A stretch of DNA of 64,000 bases from Candidatus Poribacteria bacterium (GTDB lineage Bacteria > Poribacteria > WGA-4E > PCPOR2b): positions 5,879,282 to 5,943,281 of the forward strand of contig OZ244042.1 in assembly GCA_965215015.1 (NCBI GenBank). The letters run 5' to 3'. Under the pieces are notes generated by a model, which saw only the letters and a list, made by a program, of their open reading frames with translations, was not told the origin of the DNA and did no database searches. Shown here piece by piece: positions 1-8,567 of this stretch; position 1 is the first letter of the stretch; every line of letters begins with the position of its first letter. The position numbers were made by a program, and so were the translations under genes.

Positions 1-301
1 CGGTTTCTGCCCTCATCTGCTGATTTTTGGTTCGCTTGGGGTAAGTCTGGGCTTCTGCAACATTGGCAACCTGTTCTAATCTGCGATACCCTTCTGCTAG
101 CTGCTCTAACGTCTCACGATTGGTGGTATTGCCGATCAGCAGGCGGAGCTCTTTGACCTGCTGGAGCTCTTTCGCAATGCTTTGAAATCCTGATAGGAAA
201 AAGTAACCCACTGCGAATCGTGCTCTTTCAGTAGAGTCGAGGATGAGGTTGATGTGGTCAACCAACTTTTCGTTGCGGTTGTCGATGACGTCGTGTTTCA
301 T
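1..301 (-). CDS. 5' part (truncated by window edge) of probable PLD-domain/SNF2-type helicase partner of the methyltransferase
   Basis: Manual translation from ATG at 301: MKHDVIDNRNEKLVDHINLILDSTERARFAVGYFFLSGFQ...ELRLLIG. The AVGYF-x-x-SGF and LRLLIG pattern matches the N-terminus of PLD-like/helicase proteins encoded next to Eco57I-like MTases. The helicase motifs lie outside the window. Confidence 0.6.
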   Translation of the reverse strand, partial: MKHDVIDNRNEKLVDHINLILDSTERARFAVGYFFLSGFQSIAKELQQVKELRLLIGNTTNRETLEQLAEGYRRLEQVANVAEAQTYPKRTKNQQMRAET

Positions 302-352
302 TTCGGTTGCTTTCCCTAATTTTTTTCGTTCAATCCCTTAAGGAATGAATGG

Positions 353-670
353 TTACTCTGTCCGCAACGTTTGTCCGATATATTCGTCGTGTCGCTCGCT
401 GAGATTAGTGGCTTTGTATTCTAACGTACCCGCCAACGCTAGTAGTGGATCGGGATTGTCGGACATCGTTTTCCGTAAGTAACTGTCGTTTTCTACTATC
501 TTGTCTAAGGCACTTTCGGCAGATAAATTTGCCTGCTTGTGTTCACGCCTTTCAACTAGAGCTACAATCCATCGAACGGTCATTTCCTCGGGAGCGTTCC
601 CAAATTGTTGGGCAATACGTTTTAGGGAATGATACAATCTGTTCTCAAGTTTGACCGTTAATGTTTGCAT
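353..670 (-). CDS. small antitoxin-like (ribbon-helix-helix-type) protein
   Basis: Likely start MQTLTVKLENRLYHSLKRIA (RHH-like). The C-terminal DPLLALAG...NLSERHDEYI resembles antitoxins usually paired with PIN toxins. Confidence 0.5.
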   Translation of the reverse strand: MQTLTVKLENRLYHSLKRIAQQFGNAPEEMTVRWIVALVERREHKQANLSAESALDKIVENDSYLRKTMSDNPDPLLALAGTLEYKATNLSERHDEYIGQTLRTE

Positions 671-702
671 TGGCTTGTATCTCCTACGGGATGTGATCGT
701 TA

Positions 703-1173
703 TTACTCCCTTGCCCAATCCACCAGTGCTTTATCCGGAGATGGGATGTCATTGATGGATGTGAAATAGTAGCGTTCCCATCCGAGATGAGGCAGACCGC
801 TGAAAATCATCAGGTTGAGTGGGTATTCATCGCTATCGGCGGCATGTCGGAAGTCGTCCCGAAATAGGAAGGTGGGCTTGCCTAGTGCTATCGCTATCCC
901 TAGCTCAATCATGACTCCTTCATCTGGCGGTATTCCGTTCACGACCGCAAAAATAGCGTCCGCGTCGAATACGTCCTGTTTGTCCTGCTGTCCAATTCGG
1001 TACGCCCAGTCGGAGGAGGATCTGTCTTGGTTATTGCGTTCAAACGGCTCCCATACCTCTAAGCCAATCGCTTCCAATGCCTTGACGAGAGCGGGTAACA
1101 CGGTTTCCCGCTGCTGCTCTGAGAAGCCGTAGGGATTCGCAAGATATATTATCTTTTTTTTATTTATGGTCAT
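703..1173 (-). CDS. nucleoside 2-deoxyribosyltransferase / nucleotide N-glycosidase family protein
   Basis: IYLANP N-terminus and the D-x-G-x-x-x-E-L-G-x-A-x-A-L-G-K-P motif with the catalytic Glu. Confidence 0.85.
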   Translation of the reverse strand: MTINKKKIIYLANPYGFSEQQRETVLPALVKALEAIGLEVWEPFERNNQDRSSSDWAYRIGQQDKQDVFDADAIFAVVNGIPPDEGVMIELGIAIALGKPTFLFRDDFRHAADSDEYPLNLMIFSGLPHLGWERYYFTSINDIPSPDKALVDWARE

Positions 1174-1178
1174 CGGTC

Positions 1179-2402
1179 TTACAATTTCCTTTCTTCTTGC
1201 AGGGATTTGGCCGCAAAAATTGTTAAGCGTAATTCTTCGCCGAATAGTTCGTATACAGGGATTTTACCGCTCAGTTTCTCACTTTCGTTCAAAATGATGC
1301 CAACCCCTTCACCCCGACGTTCTAAAAAGTGTCGTCGCACTACCTGTGCATCCATATCATCGTTGAGTGTCGTTTCCGAAAGTAGGCGAGCGAGGAGTTC
1401 GTTACGGGTCGCTTGATTGTAGCGCAAATCGTCTACCGTTAAGGTATTTGCCAATGCACCCGGCGAATAGAGTTCCAACCGATCCATGAACATAAACAGA
1501 CGAATCTTCGATCCAGCTTTTGAATAATCTCTATGTACGACGGCGTTAACCACTGCCTCAAAAATGGCTCTCATACTGTATTGTGATCGCTCTATTCTAC
1601 CAATTTCCTTACGAGCCGATACCTGGTTGTGTTTTTGAACAAATTTGAAGGCATCCACAATTTGTTGGTCCAGCGGCCCCCTAAAATCCTTAGCATCAAT
1701 CTGGTAGTTCGCATCCCTTTCTATGCTATTATAGAAAACAGCTTGAATGAAACTGTTATAGAGGTAATCGTCCGGGCTATCATGACACATCAACAAACCG
1801 GCTACCGAGGCGCGGTACTCCTGACCCTCTTTGGCCAGCAAACGTCTTTTAAGTAGCAAGTTTTCTATCTTCCCACGATCAGTTGCTCCTTCTGTGATAA
1901 ATCGCTGATACAGCGTTTCCTTTAATGTGTCTTTGTGGGTGTTGGGTACGAACTGTTCGTCAAAGGAGATTCTATGTGCCTGTGAGCGGCTTTGTAGCAA
2001 TCGCCCCAGCTGCTCGGTGGTCATCTCCCTTTTGCTGCTGCCTTGGCGGAGGAAATAACCGTTAGATGTTTTGTGGACAAACGGGCTACGAGGCACCCCT
2101 ATTTTTAGCAGATTTTTATTATCCATCCGCAGCTTTTCTGTAACAATGTCAACCATGGGGTCAATGTTGTCCCGGCATATTTCAACCACTGTTTTCTCGA
2201 TCCTGTCCAGATCTTGGCGGCTAATACCGATAATTTCGCTATCATCCTCAACACCGATCAGTATCACCCCACCGTTAGCGTTGGCGAAAGCAGCGATTTC
2301 ATCAGCCAGGCCCTCTCTGTGAGGCAACTCTCTTTTAAATTCAATCGTTGAGTCCTCTCCCAAATCTATTTTTTCAATGAGCTCAGTTAAGCTGTCAAAC
2401 AT
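1179..2402 (-). CDS. Schlafen/AlbA_2 domain protein with C-terminal HATPase_c_4 (RecG-C-like) domain
   Basis: GEDSTIEFKR...IAAFANANGGVILIGVED; EAVVNAVVHRDY; SPG...RNELLA...LERRGEGV. Confidence 0.85.
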   Translation of the reverse strand: MFDSLTELIEKIDLGEDSTIEFKRELPHREGLADEIAAFANANGGVILIGVEDDSEIIGISRQDLDRIEKTVVEICRDNIDPMVDIVTEKLRMDNKNLLKIGVPRSPFVHKTSNGYFLRQGSSKREMTTEQLGRLLQSRSQAHRISFDEQFVPNTHKDTLKETLYQRFITEGATDRGKIENLLLKRRLLAKEGQEYRASVAGLLMCHDSPDDYLYNSFIQAVFYNSIERDANYQIDAKDFRGPLDQQIVDAFKFVQKHNQVSARKEIGRIERSQYSMRAIFEAVVNAVVHRDYSKAGSKIRLFMFMDRLELYSPGALANTLTVDDLRYNQATRNELLARLLSETTLNDDMDAQVVRRHFLERRGEGVGIILNESEKLSGKIPVYELFGEELRLTIFAAKSLQEERKL

Positions 2403-2502
2403 TGCTTATTCCCCAAATCAATATATTAACTTTTGGTGCGAGTTGGTGAGACTGTCGTTTCCACATCTAAGCCCCCCTTCCCCCGCAAGCAGGGGGTTCT
2501 TT

Positions 2503-2770
2503 TCGACTTCCATGACCGCAACGCGAAAGAAAAAACCAGAATTTAGAGGTCCTCTAACCCGAGATTGGATGAGCTGTGGCGGACAATTTTGGGGAGAATC
2601 TAAATCTGTTAACATAAACATATAAGGGGGGCCGCAGCTAATCGATTCAGTTCTAAGGATTACCCCGTTTAGGCTCGTAGTAGCGCAATTCATTGCGCGT
2701 GGAATAGCCCCAGAACGCTTGCAGCGAGTGCACCCTCAACTCCAAGGATTACGCTGTTTAGGCGCATTAG
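2503..2770 (-). pseudogene. deleted fragments of the DUF4276-like gene
   Basis: 2503-2655 is nearly identical to 5648-5800 (PPYMFMLTDLDSPQNCPPQ...VMEVE). 2735-2770 repeats the gene start seen at 5912-5947. Confidence 0.85.
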
Positions 2771-2919
2771 CCGTAAGCCTAACAAGTGGGAGTTGTCAAC
2801 CTTCACGTTGAAAACATGAAGGTTATAAATCCTCCCCCTAACAATCAGCTAACAGAGAGACTAACAGACAGTTTTAAGCCAGAAGGTTATAAATCTTTTT
2901 GTTCAGCAAAAAGCCAACA

Positions 2920-3435
2920 TCAACTATCGTTGGCTCTTGGTGGGTTCTGACCATGATGTGTTAAGTGGTTGATATGGTTCTGGTTAAGTTGTCGGATGCC
3001 TGCTTCTATGTCCGATAGCCGCTGATTCATCTCAGTAAAACGATAATTGGTTTCGACTTGCATATCAGATAAACGCTGATTCATCTCAGTAAAACGATGA
3101 TTGGTTTCGACTTGCATGTCAGATAATCGTTGATTGGTATCATCAATGCGCTTGTTTGTATCGTCGAATCGCTGGTTCATCGTGCCGATGACTTCATCAA
3201 TGCGCTTGTTTGTATCGTCGAATCGCTGGTTCATCGTGCCGATGACTTCAACGAAACGCTTGTCCATCCGGTCTTCGAGGCGTTCAAACGCGTGAAAGAG
3301 CATCTCACTATGTTTTTCTATCTTCTTATCGTTTTGCCCAATGCGGTAGAACATAATCGCTACATTCCCAATGAACGCAACCACAGCGAATGCCACCAGT
3401 ATCAGGTGACTTGGGCTCCAGTCTGCAAAACTCAT
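2920..3435 (-). CDS. single-TM coiled-coil protein, paralog 1 (171 aa)
   Basis: Start MSFADWSPSHLILVAFAVVAFIG after AAGGAAGGA RBS; two 54-bp tandem repeats; C-terminus LNQNHINHLTHHG. Confidence 0.8.
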   Translation of the reverse strand: MSFADWSPSHLILVAFAVVAFIGNVAIMFYRIGQNDKKIEKHSEMLFHAFERLEDRMDKRFVEVIGTMNQRFDDTNKRIDEVIGTMNQRFDDTNKRIDDTNQRLSDMQVETNHRFTEMNQRLSDMQVETNYRFTEMNQRLSDIEAGIRQLNQNHINHLTHHGQNPPRANDS

Positions 3436-3926
3436 TTGTATCGTGTCCTTCCTTTTGGCCGCTAGGGTTTGGCGGATGATTATTACTGTCTGCATTGTCA
3501 ATCGTCGCAGCCTAACGGATAGCACGCATTCAAAAATAGCCAATCAACTCAGAGAAGGGAATCGCTAGATACCTTCCCACTCAGCTCTGAAAGGCATCCG
3601 AAACTAATTGGGCGCCGCGGATGCGGTCTAAGGTGACCCCGCAGCTGAGCGATTACGTTCTAAGGATTGCCCCGTTTAGGCTAGTAGGAGCGCAATTCAT
3701 GCCGCGTAGAATAGCCCCCAAACGCTTGCAGCGAGTGCACCCTCAACTCCAAGGATTACGCTGTTTAGGCGCATTAGCCGTAAGCCTAACAAGTGGGAGT
3801 TGTCAACATTCATGTTGAAAACATGAAGGTTATAAGTCCTCCCCCTAACAATCAGCTAACAGAGAGACTAACAGACAGTTTTAAGCCAGAAGGTTATAAA
3901 TCTTTTTGTTCAGCAAAAAGCCAACA

Positions 3927-4454
3927 TCAACTATCGTTGGCTCTTGGTGGGTTCTGACCATGATGTGTTAAGTGGTTGATATGGTTCTGGTTAAGTTGTC
4001 GGAGGCTCGCTTCTATGTCCGATAGCCGCTGATTCATCTCAGTAAAACGATGATTCGTTTCGGCTTGCATATCAGATAAACGCTGATTCATCTCAGTAAA
4101 ACGATGATTGGTTTCGGCTTGCATCTCAGTAAAACGATGATTGGTTTCGGCTTGCATATCAGATAAACGCTGATTGGTTTCGGCTTGCATGTCAGATAAT
4201 CGTTGATTGGTATCATCAATGCGCTTGTTTGTCTCGTCGAATCGCTGGTTCATGCTGCCGATGACTTCAACGAAACGCTTGTCCATCCGGTCTTCGAGCC
4301 GTTCAAACGCGTGAAAGAGCGTCTCACTATATTTGTCTATCTTCTTATCGTTTTGCCCAATGCGGTAGAACATAATCGCTACATTCCCAATGAACGCAAC
4401 GACAGCGAATGCCACCAGTATCAGGTGACTTGGGCTCCAGTCTGCAAAGCTCAT
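3927..4454 (-). CDS. single-TM coiled-coil protein, paralog 2 (175 aa)
   Basis: Same N- and C-termini as paralog 1; 33-bp repeats at 4106/4139/4172. Confidence 0.8.
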   Translation of the reverse strand: MSFADWSPSHLILVAFAVVAFIGNVAIMFYRIGQNDKKIDKYSETLFHAFERLEDRMDKRFVEVIGSMNQRFDETNKRIDDTNQRLSDMQAETNQRLSDMQAETNHRFTEMQAETNHRFTEMNQRLSDMQAETNHRFTEMNQRLSDIEASLRQLNQNHINHLTHHGQNPPRANDS

Positions 4455-4797
4455 TTGTATCGTCTCCTTCCTTTTGGCCGCTGGAGTTTGTCGGATGATT
4501 ATTACTGTCTGCATCGTCAATTGTCGCAGACTAACGGATACCACGGATTCAAAAATAGCCAATCAACTCAGAGAAGGGAATCGCTAGATACCTTCCCACT
4601 CAGCTCTGAAACGCGTCGGAAACTAATTGTGCGCCGCGGATGCGGTCTAAGGTGGCCCCGCGGCTGAGCGATTATGTTCTAACGATTACCCTGTTTAGGC
4701 TCATTAGCCGCAAACCTAACAATCAGCTAACAGAGAGACTAACAGACAGTTTTAAGCCAGGAGGTTATAAATCTTTTTGTTCAGCAAAAAGCCAACA

Positions 4798-5172
4798 TCA
4801 ACTATCGTTGGCTCTTGGTGGGTTCTGCCCATGATGTGTTAAGTGGTTGATATGGTTCTGGTTGAGTTTGCTCATTTCGACTTGCATATCAGACAATCTC
4901 TGATTCATTTCAGTTCGGACGCCTGCGATCTCAGTTCGGACGCTTGCGATTTCGGTTCGCAAGCCTGCGATTTGCTGATTGACTTCAACGAATCGCTTGT
5001 CCATCCGTTCCTCGAGGCGTTCGATGGCATGAAGGAATGTAGCGACTTGCTTCTCTTGCCGTTTTTCGCTCTGCCCCATGCGATAGAACATGACAGCGAC
5101 ATGCCCAATGAACGCAACGACAGCGAATGCCACCAGTATCAGGTGACTTGGGCTCCAGTCTGCAAAACTCAT
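4798..5172 (-). CDS. single-TM coiled-coil protein, paralog 3 (124 aa)
   Basis: Same termini; 21-bp repeats (IAGLRTE/IASVRTE/IAGVRTE) at 4911/4932/4953. Confidence 0.8.
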   Translation of the reverse strand: MSFADWSPSHLILVAFAVVAFIGHVAVMFYRMGQSEKRQEKQVATFLHAIERLEERMDKRFVEVNQQIAGLRTEIASVRTEIAGVRTEMNQRLSDMQVEMSKLNQNHINHLTHHGQNPPRANDS

Positions 5173-5317
5173 TTGTATCGTGTCCTTCCTTTTGGCCGCT
5201 GGAGTTTGGCGGATGATTATTACTGTCTGCATCGTCAATTGTCGCAGACTAACGGATAGCACGCATTCAAAAATAGCCAATCAACTCAGAGAAGGGAATC
5301 GCTAGATACCTTCCCAC

Positions 5318-5947
5318 TCAGCTCTGAAAAACATCGGAAACTAATTGTGCGCCGCGGAGGCAGTCTAATGTTCTCTTCAGACTTGGAGATACAACAGCAG
5401 CACGTGCCAAATCCCAGTGGGTTTGTACGAATTCACTGAGGCAATTGTTATATTCAGGACCTACTATTGCGGTCGTCGCTCTTGGTGCAGGCACTAGCCG
5501 ATCCCGCAATCTTGTCTTCTTACTCCTTCGGGCAAGTGAGACCAGAAATTCTTTGGGATTGTCTATATCGTCTGTGTTGGACGGAATCCGATTGACTGGT
5601 ATTGATAGAAATTTTGCGAGGGCACTCCGATCCGCCATAATCCAAGATTCGACTTCCATGACCGCAACGCGAAAGAAAAAACCAGAATTTAGAGGGCCTC
5701 TAACCCAAGATTGGATGAGCTGTGGCGGACAATTTTGGGGAGAATCCAAATCTGTTAACATAAACATATAAGGTGGCCCCGCAGCTGAGCGATTCAGTTC
5801 TACGGCTCTTCTTTGAAGGTAAGAATTCCCTTGATATATATTTGGGATTCTTTGCACAATTTCGATACCAAAATGCTTTAGAATTTTAGTCGAAACTGCA
5901 TTGCTTAGTGCATCCTCAACTGCAAGGATTACGCTGTTTAGGCTCAT
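5318..5947 (-). CDS. DUF4276-like (TOPRIM-like) protein, partner of AAA ATPase
   Basis: AVED, LTDLD (DxD), AVMEVESW and SPSL motifs; translationally coupled to the upstream ATPase. Confidence 0.75.
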   Translation of the reverse strand: MSLNSVILAVEDALSNAVSTKILKHFGIEIVQRIPNIYQGNSYLQRRAVELNRSAAGPPYMFMLTDLDSPQNCPPQLIQSWVRGPLNSGFFFRVAVMEVESWIMADRSALAKFLSIPVNRIPSNTDDIDNPKEFLVSLARRSKKTRLRDRLVPAPRATTAIVGPEYNNCLSEFVQTHWDLARAAVVSPSLKRTLDCLRGAQLVSDVFQS

Positions 5948-7098
5948 TATAGGAAACTCAACTGTTCAGCATTTTCGGGTTTGGCTCTTGAAAGCACGGC
6001 TTCACTGACTGTCAATCCAGCCTCAAGGAGTGTCCGCACTTCAACAATATCAGAGGCTATTTCGACTGCGGTTCCCTCTTTTGCAGGCGTGAGCAAAAGC
6101 ACCTCCCTTCCATCGATGCCCGGGTCTGTCAGAAGCGCATCGCTATGTGTGCTAACAAAGACCTGGCGCCGCCGGCTTCTTTGTATGTTAGAAATAAGTG
6201 CCGCGAGCTGTGATACAACGCCCGCGTTTAATGAGAGTTCGGGTTCCTCCAATAAGAGGACCGACTCACTTTCAAGGAGTGCCCATAATAGCCCCAGAAG
6301 CCGCAGCGTCCCGTCAGAAAATTGATCTTCGCGCTGCCGACCTGCATTTGGACACCAGTGGGAATAAAGTGCCTGTAAATGGGGGCGCCCAGTGGTTTCG
6401 TCGCGAATAAATTCCAAACCCTCAAGTTGAGGCACAGCAATTTTGAGGACTTGCTCGATTCTTCTTAGGCGTGAACGGCGGGTTTTTTCCGGGACACTCG
6501 CTACCCTTTCAAGGAACCCTTGCCCAAACGGGTCGTCTTCAACGATTCTTCCCTGAATCGAATCGGCAAACCGTAAGAGTTGAGGAACCAGATGCAAGTA
6601 TGTGATGGTCTGAAGGAAACGCGCTATTTCCCGAAATTCGGCATTGACATTAATCTGCTCGAGAAAGGTCTGCGTGAGCCGCTCTTCATCCGCTTTATCT
6701 TCTCCATTGGGCCTACTAAGGAGCTGTTCACCATCTTTCCACACGCATTCATGAGTGAGATAGGTCCGGCGGTGTCCACGCGTTTCTTGGCGAAATCCGA
6801 GTCCATATATCCAGGTTGCAGAGGAATCCGAATCGTCCGCAAGGTGAATTTCAATTGTAACTTCTGGATCGCGCCGCGCTGCCAAGCTACGGATTTTAGA
6901 AACACCCCCTCGATCTTTAACAGCTTTCTGAAAGCCCCCTCCCTCCGCTTTTACGATATCTCGAAGAAAACGAAAAATGTCAAGGAGGTTAGATTTTCCG
7001 GACGCGTTCGCGCCAATGATAAACTGGCGTTCGCTAAGACGCACACCAATCTGTTGAAAATTACGCCAGTTTTTCGCTATGAGCTGACTGATTATCAT
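5947..7098 (-). CDS. AAA_15/AAA_21 (ABC-type) ATPase
   Basis: Walker A GANASGKS, signature FSDGT, Walker B LLLEEPE, H-loop VSTHS. Confidence 0.9.
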   Translation of the reverse strand: MIISQLIAKNWRNFQQIGVRLSERQFIIGANASGKSNLLDIFRFLRDIVKAEGGGFQKAVKDRGGVSKIRSLAARRDPEVTIEIHLADDSDSSATWIYGLGFRQETRGHRRTYLTHECVWKDGEQLLSRPNGEDKADEERLTQTFLEQINVNAEFREIARFLQTITYLHLVPQLLRFADSIQGRIVEDDPFGQGFLERVASVPEKTRRSRLRRIEQVLKIAVPQLEGLEFIRDETTGRPHLQALYSHWCPNAGRQREDQFSDGTLRLLGLLWALLESESVLLLEEPELSLNAGVVSQLAALISNIQRSRRRQVFVSTHSDALLTDPGIDGREVLLLTPAKEGTAVEIASDIVEVRTLLEAGLTVSEAVLSRAKPENAEQLSFL

Positions 7099-7228
7099 AA
7101 CGGTAACTCCCAATAGCTTTGTGTAGATTTCCCAAAGTAGCAGACCCGCCCCGCGGGGGGATTCTTAGGGGGTGTCGGGCGATCTATGGTTGGATTGCCT
7201 TACCGCAAACTCAAGTGTCTAACTCCTA

Positions 7229-7654
7229 TTACATTTCGATTATGACAAACACGCACATGATGAAACCAATCTCCACTATATAAAAAATAACAAGAGTGAT
7301 AGAAAAGATTGCAGCTATCCAGCTACATTTGGGCTTGTTTTTGTGCTTCGTAGGATTCATCTCGAAATCGGTATCGGATTGAACTCTGATTTCATCGTAT
7401 ACCTGTCGAAATAACCTCTCCTGCCAGAGAAAGTATCCGTCCAGAATCCAAAATCCTAGGACGGGGAGAATAAGCACCAAGACAAAATATGGGTCAAAAT
7501 CTGGGTTTTGTATGTTCTGTCTGGTGATTAAAACCATCGCTGCAACAATGATGGTCATGCTCCAACTTTTGACTAAGAAACTGTTGCTTCCCAAACGGTT
7601 AATAACAGCTTGGGTCATTTTCAAATGTTCTACGACCTTTTCTGTACAGTTCAT
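7229..7654 (-). CDS. small 3-TM membrane protein, candidate TIR-associated effector
   Basis: ATG after GGAGG; EHLKMTQAVINRLGSNSFLVKSW...FWILDGYFLWQERLFR; three hydrophobic segments. Confidence 0.7.
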   Translation of the reverse strand: MNCTEKVVEHLKMTQAVINRLGSNSFLVKSWSMTIIVAAMVLITRQNIQNPDFDPYFVLVLILPVLGFWILDGYFLWQERLFRQVYDEIRVQSDTDFEMNPTKHKNKPKCSWIAAIFSITLVIFYIVEIGFIMCVFVIIEM

Positions 7655-7743
7655 GGGTTTATCCTCCAATTTTGAAATGTGGTAGCCTAACCATAAAGCT
7701 AGTATCCTTTTGAGGACTTCCTCTACAATGAAGATTTCCTCGT

Positions 7744-8412
7744 TTACCCTTGCACCGTTTTCGTTATATTGTAATCACCTATCCTTTCTCTTATACCTTC
7801 TGCTGTTTCAAGATAATATTCTTTGTTTTCTATAAAATCGCCCCATTTAACCGAATCAATGTAGGAGCTATGGCCCATATAAACAGGGTTGCTAGGAGGA
7901 TGGCGTAGGCAGTTGTTAAACGTAGGTCTTTTTATGTTAAACATATTATCTCGTAGTATCTGAAAGAGACTAAGGGTCTTTAGAACTCTGCAATGGCAAG
8001 AAGGGCAGGTATCATCTTCAAGAAAGTAGCTATATGATGAATATTGGTCCGGCAAAACAACTGCTAATATCGCATTTGTTCGGCTTGTACGCCCATGCCG
8101 TACAATTTCTTTCAGAGAGTATGAAACTTCCCACGGAATCCATTGGTCAGATTCATTTTGCCTCGAATCTTTCATATTTGGTGAAATTAGGACAAGTGTT
8201 AAACTGCTGTCGTATATTTTGTCTTTTAGGTGAGATGCGATAGTTTCATCCTGAAATTCGCTTAAATCTTCATCACCTTCCCCTTTATAGATTTCATCAT
8301 TTTCAAATAGCTCAATTAGTTCATCAACATAAGCACGGGCAGTTGTTCCCCCCCTAATAGACTGAACACTATCATCAGCATGTTTATAGGAAACAAAAAT
8401 TTTTCTGGCCAT
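7744..8412 (-). CDS. ThsB-like TIR domain protein (MTH538/DUF1863-like)
   Basis: RKIFVSYK; [13 protein letters not shown]; [10 protein letters not shown] with the TIR catalytic Glu. Confidence 0.85.
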   Translation of the reverse strand: MARKIFVSYKHADDSVQSIRGGTTARAYVDELIELFENDEIYKGEGDEDLSEFQDETIASHLKDKIYDSSLTLVLISPNMKDSRQNESDQWIPWEVSYSLKEIVRHGRTSRTNAILAVVLPDQYSSYSYFLEDDTCPSCHCRVLKTLSLFQILRDNMFNIKRPTFNNCLRHPPSNPVYMGHSSYIDSVKWGDFIENKEYYLETAEGIRERIGDYNITKTVQG

Positions 8413-8449
8413 TTAGTTGTTACTCCTTATTAATTGCCCCGCTCCTCCA

Positions 8450-8543
8450 TTGTCTGAATCGCGGATTGTCGCAGATTCAAAGATGGCACGAATTCAAGAA
8501 TCCGCGCTATCGGTGTCAGTTGTTTAATCCAAGATTCGGACCA
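8450..8543. repeat. short palindromic MITE-like element
   Basis: TTGTCTGAATCGCGGATT ... AATCCAAGATTCGGACCA is an 18-bp imperfect inverted repeat (4 mismatches). GATTCAGACAA also occurs near 32587. Confidence 0.55.
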
Positions 8544-8567
8544 TTTATTCTGTTGCTCCCGCCACAA

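Larger units (their letters stand above)
2650..5370. repeat. tandem array of three ~0.9-1.0 kb units (DUF4276 relic + TM-coiled-coil gene + conserved trailer)
   Basis: Equivalent positions recur at 2838/3845/4716 and at 3581/4600/5318, with near-identical leader and trailer DNA. Confidence 0.9.

Noticed and set aside
2418-2693. 91-aa ORF as a real gene
   Set aside because: It is a chimera of REP sequence, a DUF4276 fragment and another palindrome.
3436-3543. 36-aa N-terminal extensions (MAIFE...) on the three coiled-coil ORFs in the track
   Set aside because: They start at TTG without an RBS, while a strong AAGGAAGG lies just before the MSFADW ATG.
2650-5370. Integron cassette array or DGR
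   Set aside because: No attC-like GTTRRRY/RYYYAAC structure, integrase or reverse transcriptase. Differences between units are repeat-number changes, not adenine-specific.
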